IMG/VR virus record: IMGVR_UViG_3300017700_000482
Coordinates: 1 to 39,827 of that record
Direction: 5' to 3' (one strand)
DNA length: 39,827 bases
Source of the DNA: a virus
Lineage: Duplodnaviria; Caudoviricetes
Made by a program: the position numbers and the translations under genes. Below the pieces are notes generated by a model. The model was given only the letters and a program-made list of their open reading frames with translations. It had not been told where the DNA came from and did not search any database. Below, one piece after another: positions 7,569 through 17,020 of this stretch; position 1 is the first letter of the stretch, and every line of letters begins with the position of its first letter.

Positions 7569-8136
7569 GTGCGCGCACTGCAAGGAGACCACCTCCAATC
7601 GCTTCGCGCTGACCTACGCCTGCGATTACGACTGTGCAGCGGCGGTTACAGAGGTTCGCAGGGCCAAGGCTGCCATGCGGGCTGCGAGGAAGGCTGAGGC
7701 CGAACGAAAGGCTCAGGACAGGGCCGATAAGGTACGGATCAAGAAGCGCAGCGAGTGGATGGCCGAAGCACAGGCAGCCTTCAACGCCTACATCCGCGAG
7801 CGGGATCGCGACCTGCCGTGTATATCCTGCGGAACATTTAACCCGAATATCCAGTATTGCGCCGGGCATTATTTGACGCGCGGTGCACATCCTGAATTGA
7901 GCTTCGAGCCGCGCAATGTGCACAAACAGTGCAACAAAAATTGCAACCTGCATCTGTCCGGCAACCAGCAGCAATACCGGATCGGCCTGCTGATGCGTAT
8001 CGGCGCCGAGAAGGTCGCCTGGTTAGAAGGTCCGCATGAGCCGAAGAAATACACCATCGACGACTTGGCCGCGATCAAGGCCGAGTACCGCGCCAAGTTG
8101 TGCGACCTAAAAAGGAGTCCGGTTTATGCGGTTTGA
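7561..8136 (+). CDS. ninG: NinG/Rap recombination endonuclease
   Basis: AQAAFNAYIRERDRDLPCISCG...AGHYLTRGAHPELSFEPRNVHKQC..CN..LSGN. Confidence 0.93.
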   Translation: MPKCAHCKETTSNRFALTYACDYDCAAAVTEVRRAKAAMRAARKAEAERKAQDRADKVRIKKRSEWMAEAQAAFNAYIRERDRDLPCISCGTFNPNIQYCAGHYLTRGAHPELSFEPRNVHKQCNKNCNLHLSGNQQQYRIGLLMRIGAEKVAWLEGPHEPKKYTIDDLAAIKAEYRAKLCDLKRSPVYAV

Positions 8137-8166
8137 TTGTGGGCTGTATCGGGAGGCGAAAGCCGC

Positions 8167-8541
8167 ATGAAGAAATCAAAGCCGCCGGCAGCCCTTCCAT
8201 TGGGCCGCAACGATCCGCTGCTCGAGTATTACCACACGGAGGGCAAAAAGTGGTCGGTTGCCCGGCTGATCGAGGATACGAAAGACCTTGAGGTGTTCGA
8301 TCTGCCGTTGGCCGGGATGGATTTGAGCGGGGCAGTCTGGCAGGGGTGCAGCATGTTCGATCTGGCGCGCCACGTCAGAAAATGCATGGACGCTGATCTA
8401 TCGAAGCCGATCATCTTGGATTGGGAGGGAACTATCGCGGATGGTCGCCACCGCGTAATCAAGGCGGTTGCCGAGGGGCGAAAAACAATTAAGGCGGTGC
8501 GAATGACTTGGAAGCCGGGCGACGACGGGGAGCAGTTATGA
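8167..8541 (+). CDS. Stand-alone ParB/Srx-fold protein
   Basis: ADLSKPIIL..G.IADGRHRVIKA motif; GGAGG RBS. Confidence 0.7.
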   Translation: MKKSKPPAALPLGRNDPLLEYYHTEGKKWSVARLIEDTKDLEVFDLPLAGMDLSGAVWQGCSMFDLARHVRKCMDADLSKPIILDWEGTIADGRHRVIKAVAEGRKTIKAVRMTWKPGDDGEQL

Positions 8542-8705
8542 CCAGCTGGCACAACCCGCTCTACTGCTGCGACGGCAAGGAGCCATTCGCCGATAAGGCT
8601 ATCGCGAATCGGGCAGCCAGGCGGAAGAAGGGTCGCAATGTGTATCGGTGCCAGCACTGCAAACAATGGCATGTCGGGGCTGTGCCGCCGGTCCTGAAAA
8701 GGTAA
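8538..8705 (+). CDS. Small zinc-finger protein
   Basis: CDGKEPF....A...YRCQHCKQWHVG; GGAG RBS, ATGA coupling. Confidence 0.65.
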   Translation: MTSWHNPLYCCDGKEPFADKAIANRAARRKKGRNVYRCQHCKQWHVGAVPPVLKR

Positions 8706-8800
8706 ATACCTTCTGTTCGACACAATTCACACCATTTAGACGAATATCGACGAAATTAACCATTCCAAACGCATGAGTTTGGTGGAATAATCAAGCCTTC

Positions 8801-8814
8801 GCGCTGTGAAGCGC
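8801..8814 (+). promoter_or_regulatory. Late-module hairpin motif, copy 1
   Basis: GCGCT-GTGA-AGCGC, 44 nt before the first late ATG. Confidence 0.65.
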
Positions 8815-8858
8815 TACACCGGTTCGGGGCTCGTCCCCGGCAATCCCGGAGCCGCACC

Positions 8859-10229
8859 ATGCTAAAGGGCCTATCCCCCAATATCAGCCCAGTCACGACT
8901 GTTGTGAGTGGGGCGGATCGATCCGGTCTGTCCAATTCCTCTGCCGCCTTCGCTGCAGCTGCGGCTAGGGCCTATGCGTCCGGTGGTGGCGTTGTTGCCG
9001 CCCCTTCCGGCACCTATAAAGTCGACGCCCTCCCGATCTACCCCGGCGTGACATACGACAACCGAGGGCGAATATTCACCTCCGGCGGCAATGACCATAT
9101 GTTTAAGGGTGTCGCTGGCGTTTTGCGCGGCGGCGGCATTGTCGGCGGCCGATACTTTGGTAATGGCACCAGCCAGCCAGTCGCAGGGTCGGCGCCCGCC
9201 GCATACGACGCCACCGTCGACTGCGTCAACCTGGCTGCGGTGACGAGCTGCGAGCAGACGACCGTATTCAGCCAGATGTATGTCGAGAAGTTCCGCAATG
9301 CCTACTACGGCAGCCAGGACGACCGCGACACGCGCATCGATAATTGCAATTTTTGGTACAACAGCAACGGCATATGGGTTGTGGCCAACCACCCGTATCT
9401 GAGCGGCGTGAATGACATCCGCCTGAACAACTACGGCCTGACGGGCGTCACTCCCTACGACATGGACGTGGCGAATCAGAAGTTCGCCTACAACAACTAC
9501 GGCATCGTCGCCCAAAGCGGCGGCATATTTCGCAACTGCACATTCACCGGCAACACGATCGCATTCAGCTCTGAAACCGGTATCGAATTGGGCCTCGGTT
9601 GTAATTTGCTGGGCGGAAAGCTGCTCTCCGGTTCGTCTGGCACCTATCAGCGCGGCGTAAAAATCGTCGAGAGTGGCGTTCGGGTGTCGGGCGTCGAAGT
9701 CAACTCGTTTGGCGTCCCATGGACAGTCGGCGCGATGTGCTTGTCTGGCGCCGCCACCATGATTGGCGCAGCCATAGTTGGCAACCAGTTCAGCATCGGC
9801 ACCACTAACTCCATCGGCACCGCCATTATCCAAGAGCTTGGCGTTGGCCAGCTGACGCTCTGCGCACTCGACGGCAACATCATGCAGCCGCGCAACGTAG
9901 CCGATCGGCTGATACGTCTGCGCGGCATCGCCATCAACACCAGCATGGACAACAACAAGTGGTACGGCGAGCTGATCGCCAGCACCGCCGCCGTCATCGA
10001 GGCGCTTGAAATCGCATCGACCAGCGGGATCGGCAACTCCTACCTGACCAATAAATTCTTCCAGCACGCCTCAGCGACTTACGCGATCAGCGCAAGAGTG
10101 CCGCGCGCGTGGGCAAAAATGAACACCGCGAAAGGCGGCGCCGGCTACAACTTCACGGCTGCGGACGCAAATACAAACGGCCTGGGCGTGGGCGCAGTGG
10201 CCTCCACTGACAATATTTACGTGGCATAA
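8859..10229 (+). CDS. Right-handed beta-helix (pectate-lyase-like) protein, putative polysaccharide depolymerase
   Basis: GADRSGLSNSSAAFAAA..SGGGVVAAPSGTY start motif; Asn ladders and repeated N.YGI / C.F.GN patterns. Confidence 0.75.
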   Translation: MLKGLSPNISPVTTVVSGADRSGLSNSSAAFAAAAARAYASGGGVVAAPSGTYKVDALPIYPGVTYDNRGRIFTSGGNDHMFKGVAGVLRGGGIVGGRYFGNGTSQPVAGSAPAAYDATVDCVNLAAVTSCEQTTVFSQMYVEKFRNAYYGSQDDRDTRIDNCNFWYNSNGIWVVANHPYLSGVNDIRLNNYGLTGVTPYDMDVANQKFAYNNYGIVAQSGGIFRNCTFTGNTIAFSSETGIELGLGCNLLGGKLLSGSSGTYQRGVKIVESGVRVSGVEVNSFGVPWTVGAMCLSGAATMIGAAIVGNQFSIGTTNSIGTAIIQELGVGQLTLCALDGNIMQPRNVADRLIRLRGIAINTSMDNNKWYGELIASTAAVIEALEIASTSGIGNSYLTNKFFQHASATYAISARVPRAWAKMNTAKGGAGYNFTAADANTNGLGVGAVASTDNIYVA

Positions 10230-10241
10230 GCGAGAAACTCC

Positions 10242-10565
10242 ATGGACAAAGCTTTCCCTATATCGCGGCGCTGCGGACTGCGGGCTGTGACTGAGGCCGG
10301 ACAGCGGCTGACCATGCCCGGCGGCGAAAATGCCAACGTGCGCATTTCCAATATGGGCTCAAGCCCCTGCGCAATTCTCCCTGGCGCTGGCGCGCAGCTC
10401 GCCGTGTACCCGACCGACTCGGCCACCCCGAACGGGGCTGGGCTGGTGCTTCCTCCCGGCAATACCGAGATATTCAGCCTCCCCGCGTCCGTGGTCGATA
10501 TCCATGCCATTTGTGCGGCGGGCGGCTCCACGGATATCACGTGGAGCATCGGGGCTGGGCTGTAA
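10242..10565 (+). CDS. Hypothetical beta-rich protein, possibly virion-associated
   Basis: Between the beta-helix gene and terS; beta-strand pattern. Confidence 0.55.
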   Translation: MDKAFPISRRCGLRAVTEAGQRLTMPGGENANVRISNMGSSPCAILPGAGAQLAVYPTDSATPNGAGLVLPPGNTEIFSLPASVVDIHAICAAGGSTDITWSIGAGL

Positions 10566-10571
10566 TTCGCT

Positions 10572-11066
10572 GTGAAAGCCCTCACCCCGAAGCAGCAGCT
10601 GTTCGTCGCCGAGTACCTGAAAGATATGGACGGTTCGAAGGCTGTGCGGCGCGCTGGTTACAAGGTTTCGTCCGATGGCAGCGCGTCGAGCATGGCGCAC
10701 CTGATGCTGGCCGATCCTCGCATTCAGGTGGCAATCGCCAAGGCGTTAGAGCAGCGCGTGAAGCGCGTTGAGGTCGATGCTGATTGGGTGCTACGCGGCG
10801 CAAAAGAGGTATTCGACCGCTGCATGCAGGCCGCCCCGGTGCTCGACAGAAAGGGCGAGCCGGTGCTGGTGGAAACGCCGACTGGCCAGATTGCCCCGGC
10901 ATATACATTTGACTCCGCAGGCGCGAACCGCGCGCTGGAGCTGGCTGGCAAGCACGTGAATGTGCAGGCCTTCCGCGAGCGACTGGAGCACACCGGGAAA
11001 GATGGCGGCCCGATCGAAACCGTATCGCGCATTGAGCTGGTAGGCGTTCGCCCCGAGGGCAAATGA
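10572..11066 (+). CDS. terS: Terminase small subunit
   Basis: LTPKQQLFVAEYLKDMDGSKAVRRAGY..ALELAGKH..EHTGKDGGPI. Confidence 0.93.
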   Translation: MKALTPKQQLFVAEYLKDMDGSKAVRRAGYKVSSDGSASSMAHLMLADPRIQVAIAKALEQRVKRVEVDADWVLRGAKEVFDRCMQAAPVLDRKGEPVLVETPTGQIAPAYTFDSAGANRALELAGKHVNVQAFRERLEHTGKDGGPIETVSRIELVGVRPEGK

Positions 11067-12370
11067 GCACTGCGCAAATAAAGATACCGGACAAGCTGAT
11101 CCCGGTATTTACGGCGGAAGCCGACGTGCGATGGGCGAATGGTGGTAGGGGTTCGGCCAAGACCCGCACCTTCGCCAAGATGACCGCCGTGCGTGGCTAC
11201 AAGTGGGCGCGCGAGGGCCGCAAGGGAATCATCCTGTGCGGTCGCCAGTTCATGAACAGCCTGGACGAGAGCTCGCTGGAGGAAATCAAGGCCGCGATTC
11301 TGTCCGAGCCGTTTCTCGCTGACTTCTACGAGATCGGCGAGAAGTACGTCCGCACCAAATGCGGATCGATTGAATACAAGTTCGCTGGCCTCGATCGCAA
11401 CATCGCCAGCGTCAAGTCGAAGGCTCGCATTCTGCTGTGCTGGGTCGACGAAGCGGAGCCGGTTACCGAAGAGGCGTGGCAAACGCTCATACCGACGCTG
11501 CGCGAAGAGGATAGCGAGCTGTGGGTGACGTGGAACCCGAAGCGGAAGAAATCACCGGTAGAGAGCCGGTTCGCGCAAACGACTGATCCGCGCGTTGTCG
11601 GCACGGTGATGAACTACACCGACAACCCTTGGTTCCCTGCAATTCTCGAGCGGACGCGGCTCAAGGATTTGAAGGAGCGGCCCGAGTCGTATGGGCATAT
11701 CTGGGAAGGTGAGTTTGCGACGATCGTAACCGGCGCTTATTACGCAGGCCGGCTGACGCAGGCGAAGGCAGATGGCCGTATCTCCCGAGTGCGCGCCGAT
11801 CCGCTGATGACTATCCGGCTGTTCTGCGATATCGGCGGAACGGGTGCAAAGGCGGACGCATTCACGATCTGGGCTGCTCAGTTCATCGGGCGCGAGATTC
11901 GGGTGCTGAATTATTACGAGGTGGTGGGTCAGCCGATTGACGCACACCTCGCCTGGATGCGCGACAACGATTACACGCACGACCGCGCACAGATTTGGCT
12001 ACCGCACGACGGTGGCACGCAGGACCGGGTATTCGACGTCAGCTACGAGAGCGCGCTCAAGGCGGCTGGCTACAAGGTAACGGTAGTTCCGAACCAAGGT
12101 AAGGGCGCCGCCTCTGCGCGGATTGAGGCAGTGCGCAGGCTGTTCCCGATCATGTGGATTGATGCCGAAGCGTGCGCTTCTGGCGTCGAGGCTTTGGGGT
12201 GGTATCACGAAAAGAAAGACGAAATCCGCGATGTGGGTTTGGGTCCGGAGCACGATTGGGCCTCTCACGGCGCCGACGCCTTCGGTCTCATGGCGGTCGC
12301 CTACGAGCTGCCCCAAAAAGACCAGCGAACCGCATTTGTACAGCAGCAACCCGAATACTTTGGAGTGTAA
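11063..12370 (+). CDS. terL: Terminase large subunit (PBSX-like)
   Basis: Walker A GGRGSAKT, Walker B CWVDEAE, TWNP, RNase H-type nuclease D residues, HDWASHGADA. Confidence 0.95.
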   Translation: MSTAQIKIPDKLIPVFTAEADVRWANGGRGSAKTRTFAKMTAVRGYKWAREGRKGIILCGRQFMNSLDESSLEEIKAAILSEPFLADFYEIGEKYVRTKCGSIEYKFAGLDRNIASVKSKARILLCWVDEAEPVTEEAWQTLIPTLREEDSELWVTWNPKRKKSPVESRFAQTTDPRVVGTVMNYTDNPWFPAILERTRLKDLKERPESYGHIWEGEFATIVTGAYYAGRLTQAKADGRISRVRADPLMTIRLFCDIGGTGAKADAFTIWAAQFIGREIRVLNYYEVVGQPIDAHLAWMRDNDYTHDRAQIWLPHDGGTQDRVFDVSYESALKAAGYKVTVVPNQGKGAASARIEAVRRLFPIMWIDAEACASGVEALGWYHEKKDEIRDVGLGPEHDWASHGADAFGLMAVAYELPQKDQRTAFVQQQPEYFGV

Positions 12371-12373
12371 CGA

Positions 12374-14437
12374 ATGAGTGACAACGGAGCCGGCCTGTCT
12401 GCGTTCATGTCCTCGCGCTTTTGCGAGTGGGAGGCTGCCCGCAAGCCGCAAGAGCTGAAAATGCTCAACAACTACCAGGACATGATGCGGATCGACCGCG
12501 AGGACGATACGAAAGGCACCGGCATTGCGCGGCCGCAAAAGTCGGGTCGTATTTTCATCGGCTCGACGCGCGGCAAGATTCGTTCTGCCCGAGCAAAAAT
12601 CCGCGATGTACTTTTCGGCCAGGGCAAGATGCCGTTTGACACCGCTCCCGTTAAAGAAGAATTGCGCCAGTTCGCCGACGCGGTGGAAGACATTCTCACC
12701 TACCAACTGGACGAAGGCGGCTTCAAGAAAGCCGTCAAGATGGGCGTCGACACGCTCGGCACCTACGGCACTGGCTTTATTTTCGGCCCCTTCGTTAAAT
12801 CCAAAAGCCACCTGGAAGTTAATCAAACGGAGGCCGACGGCTACCCGAGCCTGCAGGAAACCGAAACTCAATACCCCTGCCCCTATTTCGAGCTAGGGCG
12901 CACGATGGACGTCTATCCCGATCCGGACGCTGAGGACGTGAAAGAGGGGCGGGGCGTGTTTTGGGGTATGCGCCGGCACAAGGAATACTTCAATCAATTC
13001 CTTGGCGACCCGAGCTATTCCGATGTAAACCTGCGCGCCGGCATGATGGAGGGTACGTCCTCGTCGGTGAGTGAGGGTTCCGAACAGCTCACCCAGGTGC
13101 GCCGCGCCGTTATCCCGCCGCTGGGCGATGATCGCATATGGTTCCTGCGCTACTTCGGCCTGGTGCGCCGCAGCGATATGGAAGAGTGGCGCCGCGATAC
13201 CGCAGCGGGTGAGCCTACCGAAGGCAGCGTTGATTCGATGGCCCCGCTTGACCCGACCGAGCCTGAAGAATGGGTAGAGGCCATTGTCCAGATGTGCGGC
13301 TCCTACGTGATCAAGGTGGAAGAAAACCCCTACAAGAAAAAGCGCCGCCCGGTTGCCCGCTGCGTCTATGAGGACGTTGAGCACGAGGTGTGGGGTGTCG
13401 GCATCGCCGAGAACAACGAGCCGAACCAGCGCGTAATCAATGCAGGGTTCCGCGTGTACTTGGAGGGCAAGTCATTCGCCCTGCTACCGCCGCGCTCCGT
13501 CGATCGCAGCAAGTTCATGCCGACTGAGGACTTCAAGCAGTTCCCCGGCAAGGTATACCAAATGGCTCCCGGCCTCACTTGGGAGGAGCGTGAAAAGGCC
13601 ATGATTCAGCACACAGTCCCCGATGTGAGTGGAGGCTGGGAGCGGGTCATCGAAATGGCCGAATCGTTCTCTGACGACGACACCGGGATCACGAAATATA
13701 CCCAGGGCTCCGACTCCAACAACCTGAACAAAACCGCCAGTGGCATCTCGATGATCATGAGCGCCTCCAGCCTGCCGCTCAAAGAGGTCATTTCCAACAT
13801 CGATGATATGTGGATCGAGGATATGGTCGAGGCGCTGCTGGATTGGGACATGGAATACCTTGAGCCGGAAGTGGTGGCCCTGATGCTGGGGCCGGAAAAG
13901 GCCAAGCTCTGGTCCGCCGTGAAGCAGCTCGGTAAGACCTCATTCATGACGTGGAAAGCCAGTGGATCGCAGACGTTCATGGCAAAAGAAGTCCTAATGC
14001 AGAAGTTGCAGGGTTATTTGCAGTTGGTTCTCTCGGGCGGCGAGGTCACTATTCCGAAGGTCGACATTACCGAATTGCTTAATCAGGTGTGGGACGCGGG
14101 GGATATCGGCAAGGAATCGCCGGTTTACACGGACGACGACTTGAAGCAGCAGCAGGAAGAGCAGAAGGCAAATCAGCCGCCCGACCCGGCGAAGGTTCAG
14201 GCCGAGCTGGACGCGGCGAAAGATGACCGCAAGGCCGAACTGGAGATTGTCCTGCAGCAACTGAAAGATCAGCAGGCCAAGGAAAACGAAGAGCTGAAAG
14301 GCGAGATCCAGATAATTATGGAGCTGCTCAGACAGAAGGGCGCGATAGCGCTTGCGGCGGCCCCCATTGTTGATTCGACCGTCGACACCCTGAGCGGTGA
14401 AGGCGAAATGGAAGAATCCCCCGAGGTTATGGCATGA
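12374..14437 (+). CDS. Portal protein
   Basis: 687 aa directly after terL; TGITKYTQG..NKTASGISM motif; C-terminal coiled coil. Confidence 0.88.
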   Translation: MSDNGAGLSAFMSSRFCEWEAARKPQELKMLNNYQDMMRIDREDDTKGTGIARPQKSGRIFIGSTRGKIRSARAKIRDVLFGQGKMPFDTAPVKEELRQFADAVEDILTYQLDEGGFKKAVKMGVDTLGTYGTGFIFGPFVKSKSHLEVNQTEADGYPSLQETETQYPCPYFELGRTMDVYPDPDAEDVKEGRGVFWGMRRHKEYFNQFLGDPSYSDVNLRAGMMEGTSSSVSEGSEQLTQVRRAVIPPLGDDRIWFLRYFGLVRRSDMEEWRRDTAAGEPTEGSVDSMAPLDPTEPEEWVEAIVQMCGSYVIKVEENPYKKKRRPVARCVYEDVEHEVWGVGIAENNEPNQRVINAGFRVYLEGKSFALLPPRSVDRSKFMPTEDFKQFPGKVYQMAPGLTWEEREKAMIQHTVPDVSGGWERVIEMAESFSDDDTGITKYTQGSDSNNLNKTASGISMIMSASSLPLKEVISNIDDMWIEDMVEALLDWDMEYLEPEVVALMLGPEKAKLWSAVKQLGKTSFMTWKASGSQTFMAKEVLMQKLQGYLQLVLSGGEVTIPKVDITELLNQVWDAGDIGKESPVYTDDDLKQQQEEQKANQPPDPAKVQAELDAAKDDRKAELEIVLQQLKDQQAKENEELKGEIQIIMELLRQKGAIALAAAPIVDSTVDTLSGEGEMEESPEVMA

Positions 14438-14670
14438 ACGAAGATGGTCTTTCGCAGGAGCGCGCCGATCTTGCGCGATTGGAGCAAATACACACTGTTT
14501 GGCCGACGTTATCCGCACATTTGACGAAAATTCGAGAAGATTTGGTTGAAAAGCTGGTTGTGCGGGAGGACAATGAAGTTCGCGGAAGGATTAAGCAGAT
14601 CGACGAACTTCTCGACCTGCCGAACAGCATCATCCGTGCGCAAACGCAGTTACGCGGACTAGCCGAATAG
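14434..14670 (+). CDS. Small conserved protein between portal and scaffold
   Basis: ATGA coupling; RGRIKQIDELLDLP. Confidence 0.65.
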   Translation: MNEDGLSQERADLARLEQIHTVWPTLSAHLTKIREDLVEKLVVREDNEVRGRIKQIDELLDLPNSIIRAQTQLRGLAE

Positions 14671-14733
14671 GCCCCGCGACCGGACTACCGATTATTCGGC
14701 CCTTTATCGGACTACCGAAAGTATTCGGCCCTT
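14655..14733 (+). repeat. Three tandem GGACTA-CCG..GGCCC units in the scaffold leader
   Basis: 14655-14674 (degenerate), 14681-14704, 14708-14733, immediately before the GAGG RBS. Confidence 0.7.
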
Positions 14734-14743
14734 GAGGTAACAA

Positions 14744-15505
14744 ATGGCAGATTTAGAACCTGGCACACCGGAATATCAGGAAGCCTACGACGCAGAATTA
14801 AAACGGTTGGATGAGGCCGGCGATACGCCGATTACCTCCGAGGCAGCCACCGCAGAACCGGCAGCAGTAACCGCCGATCCTGCTGAGGAATCGCCACAGC
14901 CGAGTGTTGAAGATCAGATTCGAGAGCTTCGGGAATCGAACGAGCGCCTGGAAAAGCAGGCCCGCGATAACCAGAGTTGGGCGACCAAAAACGCCCAAGA
15001 ACTGGCCCGAATCAAGAAGGAGCGCGACGAGCAGATTCGCCAGCAAAACCGGCCGAAGATTCTCGACGATGTACCCGGTCTCGAAGAGGCTATTCGACAC
15101 ACTGCGACGCCCACCGCAGCCGCACCACCGCCCGAACAGGCGTGGGGCGATACGGTGGTAAAGGCACTACCGGATATCGACGGTTTATTGGCAGACCCCG
15201 GCTTTTTCCAAAAGGCCTCGGAAGTCCGCCAGAAGCTGGGGCAGGATTGGAACGATCCGCTGATCGCCATTCGCGAGCTATCGAACGCTCGGGCAGAGCA
15301 CATGCGGGCGACCGCAGTCTCCAAGGCAGTTGAGCAGGCACAGCGCGACCACGCGGCGAAAGCCAAGAAGCTGGGCGCAATGGCTGTTCCGGGGGGCTCC
15401 GGCAAGCCGGGTGCGGCTAAGACCGAGCAGGAAGAGGTGGAGCGTATCAACACCATGTCGGACGAAGATTTCGCCAAGATGGTGCGCAAAGCCAAAGGGT
15501 ATTAA
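14744..15505 (+). CDS. Scaffolding protein
   Basis: Acidic N-terminus, coiled coil, C-terminal MSDEDF helix; precedes capsid gene. Confidence 0.8.
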   Translation: MADLEPGTPEYQEAYDAELKRLDEAGDTPITSEAATAEPAAVTADPAEESPQPSVEDQIRELRESNERLEKQARDNQSWATKNAQELARIKKERDEQIRQQNRPKILDDVPGLEEAIRHTATPTAAAPPPEQAWGDTVVKALPDIDGLLADPGFFQKASEVRQKLGQDWNDPLIAIRELSNARAEHMRATAVSKAVEQAQRDHAAKAKKLGAMAVPGGSGKPGAAKTEQEEVERINTMSDEDFAKMVRKAKGY

Positions 15506-15518
15506 CCGAATATTTTTC

Positions 15519-15532
15519 GCGCTGTGAAGCGC
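15519..15532 (+). promoter_or_regulatory. Late-module hairpin motif, copy 2
   Basis: GCGCT-GTGA-AGCGC just before the capsid RBS. Confidence 0.65.
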
Positions 15533-15545
15533 CACGGAGTTCGAA

Positions 15546-16562
15546 ATGGGTATGAACACAATTGCCACCCCAGCAGGAGTGGCCGGCAATATTCCGCCCG
15601 CAATTCAGGCATTTTACGACCGCAACCTGCTCTCGCGAGCTGTCCCCGCTGACGTACATGGCCGCTTTGGCCAAGAGCGCCCGATCAAAATGCGCTCGGG
15701 CAATCAGATCAAATTCCGCCGCTACGAGTCGCTGACCCCAGCCACCACGCCGCTGACCGAAGGTGTTACGCCGTCCAGCACCAGCATGGTGCTGACTGAC
15801 GTTACCGCCACTCTCGCACAGTACGGCGCGTTCGTGTCGGTCACTGATATGGTCAGCCTGACTAACCAAGACCCGGTGCTGACCGAAGTTGGCGAAGTGC
15901 TCGGCGAGCAGGGCGGCACCACGATTGACCAGGTTCGCCGCGACGTGCTGGTGGCTGGCACCAACGTTATTTATACCAACGGCTCGGCCCGCAACACGCT
16001 GAACACCGTTATTTCAGCCGTGGCGCTGCGCACTGCAATCCGCTACCTGAATCGCCAGAACGCCAAATTCGTGAAGAAAATGGTCGCGGCCGGCGTGAAT
16101 ATCTCCACCCAAGGCCTGCGTCCGTCTTACGTGGCGCTGGTGCACCCCGATACCGAAGCGCAGCTGGAAAGCATTTCCGGCTATCTCTCCATCAGCCAGT
16201 ACCCCTCTGGCATGACCCCGTTGCCCGATGAAGTCGGTTCGTATCGCAACATCCGCTTCTTCACCTCGACCAACTGCAAGGTGTTTGCAGGTCTGGGCGC
16301 TGCGGTAAGCACGGACGGCATGATCTCTGCCGGCGGCGTCAACAACGACGTATACGCCACGCTGATCATCGCTGACAACGCTTACGGCGTATGCCCGCTG
16401 GAAGGTCATGCGATGGAGAACATCATCAAGCCGCTGGGCTCTGGTGACGATCCGCTGAACCAGCGCGCCACTTCGGGCTGGAAGGCGATCACCACCACCC
16501 AGATTCTGAACCAGAACTGGATCACCCGCATCGAGCATACCAACCTGACCGCGCTGACCTAA
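15546..16562 (+). CDS. Major capsid protein, N4-gp56 family
   Basis: FYDRNLLSRA..IKFRRY..PLTEGVTP..QYG..HPD..EVG..RFF..DPLNQRATSGWK. Confidence 0.93.
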   Translation: MGMNTIATPAGVAGNIPPAIQAFYDRNLLSRAVPADVHGRFGQERPIKMRSGNQIKFRRYESLTPATTPLTEGVTPSSTSMVLTDVTATLAQYGAFVSVTDMVSLTNQDPVLTEVGEVLGEQGGTTIDQVRRDVLVAGTNVIYTNGSARNTLNTVISAVALRTAIRYLNRQNAKFVKKMVAAGVNISTQGLRPSYVALVHPDTEAQLESISGYLSISQYPSGMTPLPDEVGSYRNIRFFTSTNCKVFAGLGAAVSTDGMISAGGVNNDVYATLIIADNAYGVCPLEGHAMENIIKPLGSGDDPLNQRATSGWKAITTTQILNQNWITRIEHTNLTALT

Positions 16563-16600
16563 GCGCTGACCCGCAACCTGATTCTCTAGGAGAAATCACC

Positions 16601-16969
16601 ATGGCACAAAATACAGCGGGCCAGACTCTGGCCTCAGTTCCGGCCGACGGCATTGTTCATACGGCGTTCGGCTCCGACACCTTCGACGCCACTGCGATCA
16701 CTGCGGCGGATTACGTCGAGATTCAATGCGGCTTCACGCCGCGCTATGTGCGCTGGGTGAATATCACCGATCGCATCGAGGGCGAGTGGTTCGATGGCAT
16801 GGCTGACAACAGCTGCCTGAAAACCATTGCGGCCGGCACTCGCACACTGGAAGTCACCGGTGGCAACGGCGGCATCACCCCTGTCGCTGGCGGCTTCCGC
16901 GTCCTGCAAAACGCCACTCTCGCGCTGATCCTGGCGTCGAAGGTGTGCCGCTGGCAGGCAATGGGCTAA
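16601..16969 (+). CDS. Capsid decoration/cement-like protein
   Basis: AGGAG RBS; follows capsid gene, precedes terminator; CGFTPRYVRWVN motif. Confidence 0.65.
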   Translation: MAQNTAGQTLASVPADGIVHTAFGSDTFDATAITAADYVEIQCGFTPRYVRWVNITDRIEGEWFDGMADNSCLKTIAAGTRTLEVTGGNGGITPVAGGFRVLQNATLALILASKVCRWQAMG

Positions 16970-16980
16970 CTCCACGCCTT

Positions 16981-17002
16981 GCCCCTTTCGAGGGGCTTTT
17001 TT
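16981..17002 (+). terminator. Rho-independent terminator
   Basis: GCCCCT-TTCG-AGGGGC-TTTTTT. Confidence 0.85.
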
Positions 17003-17020
17003 CTTTATCACAGGTGAACC

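Noticed and set aside
8871-10067. Long antisense ORFs (also 1635-2555, 11999-12871, 21568-22308, 27541-28326, 34221-34916)
   Set aside because: Shadows of well-supported genes in GC-rich DNA, with no motifs or clear RBS.
10567-10580. Fifth copy of the late hairpin (TCGCTGTGAAAGCC) at the terS start
   Set aside because: Shares CGCTGTGAA but the 3' arm does not pair, and it overlaps the GTG start codon.
14655-14733. Mini CRISPR array
   Set aside because: Units are separated by only 3-6 nt, with no spacers and no cas genes in the window.
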